Shown here: one piece after another, positions 54,591-64,000 of the stretch
Layout: every line of letters begins with the position of its first letter
Numbering within the stretch: position 1 is the stretch's first letter
Assembly: GCF_006345805.1 (NCBI RefSeq)
Contig: NC_043015.1
Span: 30,318,001 to 30,382,000 of the forward strand
Reading direction: 5' to 3'
Source: Octopus sinensis
Lineage: Eukaryota
DNA: 64,000 nt
Translations under genes and position numbers: made by a program
The notes under the pieces: generated by a model
Database searches by the model: none
Told to the model about the DNA's origin: nothing
What the model saw: only the letters and a program-made list of their open reading frames with translations

Positions 54591-55511
54591 ATTAGAAATT
54601 GATCATCCACCTGGAATGCTTTTGATCAAAGCTCTGCTGGACCAAAACTGAGTTGGGAGCTAAACAGCAATAGTAGCAAAAATACTGGTTTTCAAAGCTC
54701 AATCGTGTCAGTGTTCATTGATATAAATTGATCCTGTATTGGCTACGTTATCGATGTTCAATTGATCATTCTTCTGTTTATTTTTTGCACAGATGTATTT
54801 TTATGTATACATTATTCATATGATACACAAAGAATAAATTTTAACTTGCCAACGCATATCCACATGGTCTCTCCCTCTCTCACTCATTCTCTTTTCCTTT
54901 CCTACTCTCTCTTTCACATGCACACACACTCTGTCTTTCTTTCACACACATACTCTCTTTCTCTCTCTCTCCTTTACTGTAGCAGCCAAGAATAAGCCAG
55001 CAAAGGAACCTCTTCCCATCAGTGTTAGAATAGACCTCAGCCGGATTTGAACTCAAAACATGAAGATAAAGGGCTGTAACTATGTACTGCTCAGCATTTT
55101 CTCTGACACTAACGATACTGTTGTCGACGTCATAAGAATTTATAAACTTTCGAGAGAATGATGTCAAATGATTTTTTTTTTTTGGAACAGTGGAGCTTGA
55201 AGTATACATAATTCAAAGTTCAAAAGGTCAACAGAACCTTTGAAAAGCTATGCTACCTTCTAGGCCCTAGGATTTTGAATTGCTCAACCTATGAAAAATA
55301 GCAACCAAATCTTCATCAACTCACTCTTTATTGTATTAAAAAGGGAAGGACAAATTAGCTGATGTAGTCCTGAATGTATTCATCACTGCACTGGATTCCA
55401 TTGTCTGTTTTGATATGGTCTCTGCAGCTGGACGCCCTTCCTGATGCCAACCATCTTACAAAGTGCACCAGTGCTTTTTACATGGCACCAACATTGACAT
55501 GGTCACCAAGT

Positions 55512-56110
55512 ATCTATTTCTTTTACTGCCCACAAGGGGCTAAACACAGAGGGGACAAACAAGGACAGACACACGGATTAAGTTGATTACTTCGATCCCA
55601 GTGCGTAACTGGTACTTAATTTATCGACCCTGAAAGGATGAAAGGCAAAGTCGACCTCAGCGGAATTTGAACTCAGAACGTAGCGGCAGAGGGAATACCT
55701 ATTTCTTTACTACCCACAAGGGGCTAAACACAGAGGGGACAAACAAGGACAGACACATGGATTAAGTCGATTACCTTGACCCCAGTGCGTAACTGGTACT
55801 TAATAATCGACCCCGAAAGGATGAAGGGCAAAGTCGACCTCAGCGGAATTTTAACTCAGAACATACAGACGAAATACCTATTTCTTTACTACCCACAAGG
55901 GGCTAAACACAGAGGGGACAAACAAGGACAGACACACGGATTAAGTCGATTACCTCGACTCCAGTGCGTAACTGGTACTTATTTTATCGACCCCGAAAGG
56001 ATGAAAGGCAAAGTGAACCTCGGCAGAATTTGAACTTAGAACGTAGCGGCAGACAATATACTGTTAAACATTTCACCTGGTGTGCTAACGTTTCTGCCAG
56101 CTCGCCGCCT
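55512..56110 (-). mobile_element. SINE family B tandem trimer
   Basis: Three units of about 185 bp and one head at the right end. Confidence 0.92.
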
Positions 56111-56707
56111 TGCAAGACAAAACCTCCTCAACTGGATGGAAGGAGTAGTATTGAGAACATGCAGCTTTGTGCTAATTGAGAGATAAAAGGTATAGAGGGA
56201 GAGAAATAGGTGTTTTGTTGTAGAGTAGATATATGGATACCTCAATTGGAAAAGAAACAAGAGTGGGTTAGAGAGTAAGATAAAGAGAGTGATAGTGAGA
56301 GAGATGGAGGTGAAGATGAAGATGTGTGAGGACATACCCTCAAGGAACACTGCGGGGGGGGGGGGGGGGTTGTGAGACTAGGTGAAGTGATACAGAGGTT
56401 TGGACCAGGTAAGTGGGCAGGATTGAGGTGAGTGTTGCAAATGATGAAGAGAAATATAGGGGAGGATCGGGGGGGGGAAGGGACGGGGCAGATTTGTGAG
56501 GGCATTGAGGGCGATAGCAGGTGAACCATGTATTAATGATGGAGAACAGTATGGGGACGGATGGGGGGGAGACAGGCACAAAAAGGTGATTGGTTGAGAC
56601 AGTAGGCAGGGGAAGATAATAGGAAATAGGGGTGGTTTGGGGTCAGGAAGAAAGTTTCGGAAACATAAGAATATTTCTCTTTTTAAATCAGTTTAAAAAC
56701 TACCCTT

Positions 56708-57522
56708 GGCGGACTTCAGACTTAGGAAGCACAAGTAGTTGGAATTTCTCCGTTTTGACGGTGATTTTTTTCCGATTTTTTTTTATTCACAGTGCCCTTG
56801 GAAATGCCCTGGATTATCTTTTTAGCAAAAAAAAAAAAAAATTTACGAAAAAATTACCCCCCCCCCCTGCACCGACCGATTTTGGTCCACTTTATGAGCA
56901 CTACATACGATGATGGGGTGAGGGTACTACGAATACTATAAGAGAAACCCTTTTCTGTAAAAGAAAAAAAAAGTAAATATTTTCAGACGAAAAGGTATGT
57001 GATTAAAGGGAAATTTAGCTGTTGTTTCTAGCATATCCCATGACCACCTTCCTCGTTTCTTTCTCACTATGACAGGTTTTGATATTTTTCAATATTTCTC
57101 CCCATTAATAGCATAAACTCATTGAGCCTATTAAAAAATTTTGTTTGAAAATTTATGATTTTTATCAACCCTAAACCTTACTGATCATAGTATATGCTAG
57201 AAACAACAGCCAGATCTCTCTTAAATCATACACCTTTTCGTTTGAATTTTTTTTTTTTTTTTACCGAAAAGTCTTCAATGGTTTTTAAGTGCGTAGTGGC
57301 CACAAAAATTACCAAAAATCTATCCGGAGAGGGAAAAAATGGATTTAAAAAAAAAAAAAATCATCGCAGATTTTTCTCTTTTTGCTAAAAAGATAGTCCA
57401 GAGCATTTCCAAGGGCACCGTGAAACAAAAGAAAAACAAAAAAAAAAGAAAAAGATCTCAAAAATCCCCGTCAAAACGGAAAAATTCTAACTTGTTGATG
57501 CTCCGTAAGTCCGACGTCCACC
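56708..57522. mobile_element. Non-autonomous foldback DNA transposon (Merlin- or MULE-like)
   Basis: Imperfect TIRs of about 330 bp with GG...CC termini. Exact 8-bp TSD CTACCCTT at 56700-56707 and 57523-57530. Confidence 0.8.
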
Positions 57523-57566
57523 CTACCCTTTTCTTTTCCTACGAAGTCTGGGAATTCGAAGAATTA

Positions 57567-58170
57567 AGGCGGCGAGCTGGCAGAACCGTTAGCACGCCGG
57601 GCGAAATGCTTAGCGGTATTTCGTCTGTCGTTACGTTCTGAGTTCAAATTCTGCCGAGGTCGACTTTGCCTTTCATCCTTTCGGGGTCGATAAATTAAGT
57701 ACCAGTTACGCACTGGGGTCGATGTAATCGACTTAATACCTATGTCTGTCCTTGTTTGTCCCCTCTGTGTTTAGCCCCTTGTGGGTAATAAAGAAATAGA
57801 AATAGGTATTTCGTCTGGCCACTACGTTCTGAGTTCAAATTCCGCCGAGGTCGACTTTGCCTTTCATCTTTTCGGGGTCGATAAATTAAGTACCAGTTAC
57901 GCACTGGGGTCGATATAATCGACTTAATCCGTTTGCCTGTCCGTGTTTTGTCCCCTCTATTCTTAGCCCCTTGTGGGTAATAAAGAAATAGGTATTTCGT
58001 CTGCCGCTACGTTCAGAGTTCAAATTCCGCCGAGGTCGACTTTGCCTTTCATCTTTTCGGGGTCGATAAATTAAGTACCAGTTACGCACTGGGGTCGATG
58101 TAATCGACTTAATCCATTCGTCTGTCCGTGTTTGTCCCCTCTATGTTTAGCTCCTTGTGGGTAGTAAAGA
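57567..58170 (+). mobile_element. SINE family B tandem trimer (CpGs intact)
   Basis: Head AGGCGGCGAGCTGGCAGAACCG plus three units. Confidence 0.92.
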
Positions 58171-58826
58171 AAAAGGAATTTGAAGAAAAGCTGTTCCAAA
58201 ACTACTCCCGCCCCTTTTCTGGCCCTTGTTCGAATTCAGACATGGTTGACTTCACTTTTTTGCATTTATATTCAAAAGAATTCGCGTTCGTTTTAATCGA
58301 CTCTATGTCCTTGTGCTTATATATTTAGCAATCAATATCAAGTATTTGTTATGGGCTCTCTTTATCAATATGTCACTGTTGTTAATATTATTGCTGTGGT
58401 TACTATTATAACCCGGCTGTACTCATTTATCTTGCCTCTCTCACCATGACCAACACATTTTAACTTCGCGCTCCATTCATTCATTCATGCCCCAATACAA
58501 AGCAATCGTTTATTGTTCTCTGAAAAACTCGATCAGCTTTTATTTAGATTTTACTCGTGCGCAGGCGCGAGCGTGTGTGTGTGTGTATACGTACCTACGT
58601 ATGCGTGTGTTTGCGTGGTGTGTTCCTGCAGCATGTGTGTGTGTGTGTGTGGTGTGTGTGTTTGCGTGTGTTTCTATGTTTCTGCCAGTAATCGATCGAC
58701 CGTGCAAATGCTTTTACTCAATGCTGGAGTCTGATCGCTTTCAGCTTCGAACAATGTGAGAGAGAAAGAAAGAAAAGAGGAGGGAGTTTGTATGTATGTA
58801 TATGATTGTGAGTGCGTGTAGGAAGA

Positions 58827-59274
58827 GGTACTCCTAGCGAACAGTGGTCCCGTTGCGCGCTCTCGCGTACTCGCGCATCCGCGCCAGCTAGTCGTGACTA
58901 GTCGATCCTTACTTTGTGTTTTTGTGTTATTTACTTTGCTTAAAAATTTATTTACTTTGTATTTTTGTGTTTTATTTACTTTGCTAGGTAGTCGTTGTAG
59001 GATCGACTAGTCACGACTAGCTAGCGCGACTGCGCGTAGTCGTTGTAGGATCGACTAGTCACGACTAGCTTGCGCGGATGCGCGACTGCGCGTGTGCGCA
59101 CACTGGGACCACTGTTCGCTAGTAGTACCACTAAGTAAATAAATTTTTATAAACAAACTAAGGTTAAGGTTAGCGTTAGGGTTAAAAAGTCGTTTTAGGA
59201 TCGACTACTTACGACTAGCTAGCACGGATGCGCGTGTGTGCGCGCATCGGGACCACTGTTCGCTAGTAAGTACC
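58827..59274. mobile_element. CpG-rich MITE (Merlin-like) with a duplicated right end
   Basis: TIR GGTAC..CTAGCGAACAGTGGTCCC is inverted at 59105-59129 and 59249-59274. Flanks TGTAGGAAGA/TGTAGGAGA; internal GGTTAAGGTTAGCGTTAGGGTTA. Confidence 0.75.
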
Positions 59275-59693
59275 TGTAGGAGATAGTGTGTGCGCGTGTG
59301 TTGCTAACGCAAAATGTGGAAGCTATGTGTGAGAAAAGATATAAAAAGAAATAAGTCAGAGTGAGTCTAAAGGGTGAGTGTGAGTATGAGTGTGGCTGTG
59401 TGTGCGAGAAAGGCAGGTAAGATCATATGTAGCAAAGGGTATGTGTGTGTGCAATCGACAAATCATATGTAACAAAGAATATGTGTGTGTGCACAAATCA
59501 TTTGTAACAAAGACGCGAGGATAAGTCGATATGTAACAAAGAGAAATGTGGAAGAAATGGAATCTTTATTATGATCAAAACGATCGTACATAGAAAGGGA
59601 ACATTACAAGACGAACAAAAACAAACAAAATGTTATATGAATTCGAATGAGTTACCTGTAAAAAATTTTTCTTAGAAATATTTTATATAACGA

Positions 59694-59878
59694 TTACGGA
59701 GATGTACTTGCATAGCAAGTGATTTGATCTGAGATCGTGTGCTGAAAACAAAGACAATTGCAGCGTGGAAGGTGTTTGTAAGCCATTTAAGAAACACACA
59801 AAAGCCCATTCGATTCACTTCAACATTTAAGTTTAATTTGTCAAAATATTTTCGTCGCTTTAAGACCCGCGACCTGTT
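59694..59878. mobile_element. Interspersed repeat homologous to 12347-12552 (non-inverted arrangement)
   Basis: GAGATGTACTTGCATAGC...GCGACCTGTT shared. Confidence 0.8.
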
Positions 59879-60399
59879 ATAACAATTAATGTTGTAACAA
59901 TTCATTTTTTCCTTTAATTAGAACTTTTTTTATATATATAAATAAAACGAAAACAAAGAAAGAAAACGAATTAAAAATATGAAAGGGCGATCTTTCGTCT
60001 CTAGTGGACCTTTCCGTCGATTACACGACATACTGTCTGTCTCCACACACACACACACACACATGTACATCAATGCTTCCCATGCACGGTAACTTCAAAA
60101 GAACTTCCCTCGTCATACAATCGCTTTCTCTTAGTCTCTTTCACTCTCATTACTTCGAAAGTTCCCTCAAGCCCATATGTAAAAACAAAAAAAATGTTTT
60201 ACGGAAATCGACGGAAAGGTCTACTAGAGACGAAAGATTGCCATGTGAAAGAAATGAGGTGTATGTAGGTGTAATTTGTATGTGAGAAGGAATAGGATTT
60301 TACAGAGAGAAAAACCGTATGTGGGCTGCAAAACAGTGCGATAAATAATGGTAAAGATGGAGCGAATGTGGCCTCTGTGTGTGTCTGTGTGAGTGTGTG

Positions 60400-62111
60400 T
60401 GTGGTGAGTTCGAGCATAACGGCTGGTAGTTGGAAACAAGAAAGGACAAGATAGAAAGCGTGGTAATGCAATCGCCCATTGGTTAAGCTAGACTGCGCCT
60501 ACCAATGTTTTCTCGGTCGTACTACCACCGCTACTGCTACTGCTACTACAACTACAGTCGTGGTCGTCGTTGAGAACAAGCCATGTTGTGTGTTGATGCT
60601 GATACAAACAAGATAGAGGCATACATATGTTTATCTTAACATCATTTTGAACTGTAAGAAGCACGTCTCTTGATTCTTTTCTGGGTTTTTTTCTTTCGTT
60701 TTTATCTATCGTTTTCGTCCATTCATTGCATACTCACACAAATTTCTGCGCGCACAAATACTCAAACGTACACTGTCTCTCTTATTTGTTATATGATTGA
60801 TTGATTCTAGTTTCAGCTCATGAGCTGTGGCCATGCTGGGGCACCAGAGGTAGGGGTCCACCAAGGTTCAGTCCTCAGTCCCCTCCTATTTATCATAGTC
60901 CTCCAGGCAATAACAGAGGAATTCAAGACAGGATATCCCTGGGATATATATATATATATATTATTTTTTTTTTGCCTCGTCGGGAAACGAACCCATCTGT
61001 CTAGCCCACCTTCTTTTACGTTTCCCGCTGCTGTTGCTCCTGTCTCTAAATTACTGCTGCTGCACGCAATCGTTGCTGCTGCAGATGGTGGAAGGGAAAA
61101 ATGCTATCCGAAATCGTAGATAGCGAGGAAACAATAACAAACAATAGTAGCAGCAGTAGTTTGTCCATCACTATTATCACCATCATCACCAGAAACACAA
61201 ACTAACAGACTCCTTAGGAACTCGGAGAGATCAAAGAGGTTAAGGTAATCTTTTTACTCTTAAAATCCGTCTCACGAGTCGTGCGTAATCTCTAATCGTC
61301 GGGCTTTTCGGAACAGCTATCATTACCTCACGGAGAAAGTAAAGGAGAAGCAATTTGGTGATCGTTTCCTTCTGTGAAAGAATTTTGTGTCGTTCTAAAT
61401 ATTTAAATTTGTTTGTTTTTTTCCATAACATTTTTGCCCCGCCCCCACCCAATTCCATATCATTTTAGTATATTACTCTTGTCTCGCGAAACGGATGTAA
61501 TAATATTTTACGCGCCACGTATTGTTTATTTTAAGCTGTCTATAATGCAATCTTTGAGTTTGTGTTTCCGATCGTCAGTTCCGCGGCAGTACTATCATTG
61601 TTTTTTATTGAAGTGTAATTAAAAAGTTTAGCCCCCCCTCCTTTTTTTTCCCCCTTCTTCTTAAGGATTTCATATTGCTTGTCTTGTGGTGCTTTACGAT
61701 AGCGAAGTCGAAACTGATGATGTTGATAATGTTTGTAGATGATGACATAACCTCAGTCAAACAGTCTGTCTAAGTCAATCTATACAAGACAGCTCTCACA
61801 CACTCAAACACACACTCTCTCCCAGTTTCATCCAATCGCCCCCCATTCTTACTTTCTCCCTCTCGTTCGCTTCTATCGTCTTCGATACCTCTTTTTTTTT
61901 TCTCGTTGTGAATTCTTCAGTGCGAAAAAAGGCCAGCAAACCAGCTTTGTTAGTTTGAGAAGTGAAGAAAAACAACACACATGCACACACACACACGCAC
62001 TCACATACACACAAACCGTTTGTTGCAGCCATTCAGTTGAGGAATTGTTCAGACAGATGTTACCACCACAACAACAAACAGTTGACTTGCTAAACAGTTA
62101 GCAGGGTAAGT
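60400..62111 (+). promoter_or_regulatory. Candidate promoter or first-exon region of a downstream gene
   Basis: CpG-retaining unique sequence. ATTGG/CCAAT at about 60478, 60502 and 61832; Inr-like TCAGTT at 62033; strong donor AGG|GTAAGT at 62105/62106. Confidence 0.45.
60847..60943 (+). mobile_element. RTE-type reverse transcriptase fragment
   Basis: EVGVHQGSVLSPLLFIIVLQAITEEFKTGYPW contains the non-LTR RT QG..LSP.LF motif. Confidence 0.85.
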
Positions 62112-62898
62112 TTTTTTGATTCCCCTCACTAAACATTTTTACTATAATGATCTCCACAAATAAACCGTCCAACACACCCTTTCATTTCTCCCCCATTCAC
62201 CATCGTCAGATTATATTTTCCGATATCTTAACAGAAAAGACAAATTCTGTGGTGGTAGACTCTGTCTCTTGTCTATATATTTCTATATAGTCGTGGTCGA
62301 CTTTGCCTTTCATCCTTTCGGGGTCGATAAATTAAGTACCAGTTACGCACTGGGGTCGATATAATCGACTTAATCCATTTGTCTGTCCTCGTTTGTCCCC
62401 TCTGCGTTTAGCCCCTTGTGGGTAGTAAAGAAATATATATATTTCTATGAATAAATAGAAAAATAGGTTCACAGGCGTTCAAACAGATAAACAAACCTCT
62501 CCGTGCTAATTTCTCTCTATTTCTCCCCTATATATATATATATATATACATCATTACTGTTTTCTCTTTCCCATGTTTTGCTGGTGTCTCGTACACTCAT
62601 CCTTTCTCTTCAGATGTTCTCTTTGTCTCTATTTTTTCTCTTCTTTCTTCTCATAACTATTTACATATTGTATATTACAACTCTCACAATTCCCATCACT
62701 CTGTCTGCTATCCGTTCTCTCTTTCCTTTCTGCTCTCCATTCTACGACGGCTACACTTGTACCATACGGACGAGTCGACATCTGTTCCCTTTTCATCCCT
62801 TCTCTATCTCATTGGTTATCAATCCCCTTTTTTTGTAATAATCTTCCACGCTTCTTTTCTCTCTCTCTCTCAACCTTTTGTAATTCTCTACTTCTGAT

Positions 62899-62952
<54 letters not shown>

Positions 62953-63661
62953 TATATATATATTATATATATATATATACATATATGTGTGTGTGTGTAT
63001 GTATGTATGGAGCGAGAGAGATTACGCAAGTGCGTTCCTACCATGACCTCTGTAACGTATTTGTAGAAAAATTCATTTAAAACATACCCATTTTTCTAAG
63101 AGATATGAGGAAACAAAGTCGGTGTGACACACACACACACACTTGTTGTTATGCCTATGTGTGTGCGTGGAAACACACACAACACACACACAAAGACTGT
63201 ATGTGTATAATCTTCAGCCCTTTCACATCATCCACTCTTTTTTATCTCTTTCATCTACCCTTTTCGGCGCCCTTTCTTTTGCAGTTTGCCTAGGTTAAAC
63301 ACACAAATCAGCCGACTACCTACCCTCATTTTCATTGTATGTACCTAGCGCACCTGTCTCCGTGTTTTGAGGTGACGAAACCATTAACTCCATCGTTCTT
63401 CACATATTTAAATATATATTATCCCATCCCGTTAGCTATAAACATGTATCTTATATTTTTCTGTTGTCTACCTTTTCTTTTTCCGTCTCCCTTCCTTAAT
63501 ACATCCTTTATAGGTATTTCATATGCATATATCCATACAACTAGAAGCTTTAAATAAAACACTGTGTGTGTGTGTGTGTATCGTTTGTAGAAAACAAATC
63601 CGAAAAAACAACCTCTAAGATGTAAAGCAGTATATATATATATATGCTGCTCTAAAAGTGG

Positions 63662-63805
63662 GGAAGGCCGGTTTATGAGATTACCTTAGATTTCCGATCC
63701 CTAAAGGGTTTAGTTTTATAGTGTATCGTCAGATCTGATGATACGCCATAAAGCTAAACCCTTAAGGGACAGGAAACTTAAGGTAACATCATAAACTGGC
63801 CTTCC
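63662..63805. repeat. 144-bp spacerless imperfect palindrome
   Basis: Two 72-bp arms centred on CAGA|TCTG, about 12 mismatches and no gaps. Confidence 0.95.
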
Positions 63806-64000
63806 AAATTTTATATATATATATAATATATATATATATAATATATATATATATATGGCTTAGATTTTCCCTTTGGGGCTGGCCAGATCGGAGCAATCTC
63901 AAGATTAATCAGCCGAAATTGCGAAGATGATCCGGTTCTTGACTGAAGATTGAAGGCTTCGAATGTCTCGTCCCGTCCGTGTTTTTTGTATCGTCTTCTA

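Noticed and set aside
56160-56660. G-run purine tract with CAG|GTAAGT at about 56408
   Set aside because: Low-complexity sequence, probably a retroelement remnant. No supporting acceptor or reading frame; G4 potential only.
59160-59185. Interstitial telomere
   Set aside because: Only a few degenerate units, inside a MITE.

Overview
Eukaryotic, AT-rich, repeat-dense animal DNA. It is most consistent with an Octopus (coleoid cephalopod) genome; this is inferred from the tRNA-derived SINE families, the RTE/CR1 LINE remnants and the extreme (TA)n/(CA)n/(CAT)n load. Nearly all supplied ORFs are microsatellite or SINE artefacts. Reading splice signals by hand recovers the last three coding exons of a + strand gene that the ORF track misses (1842-1955, 14712-14850, 16050-16138; 113 aa, Cys-rich, product not recognised), followed by two AATAAA signals. 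The rest is four SINE-like families (some as tandem multimers, one with a 19-unit higher-order minisatellite), LINE 3' fragments, and mariner, hAT, piggyBac-like and Merlin-like MITEs. Several (TA)n-embedded Penelope-like remnants carry minimal hammerhead ribozyme motifs. Long hairpins and inverted repeats are unusually common. CpG is depleted up to about 56.7 kb and retained beyond it, where a candidate promoter and first exon lie. Splice-site and TSD coordinates were counted; repeat ends are approximate (about +/-10-20 nt). No database search was possible.
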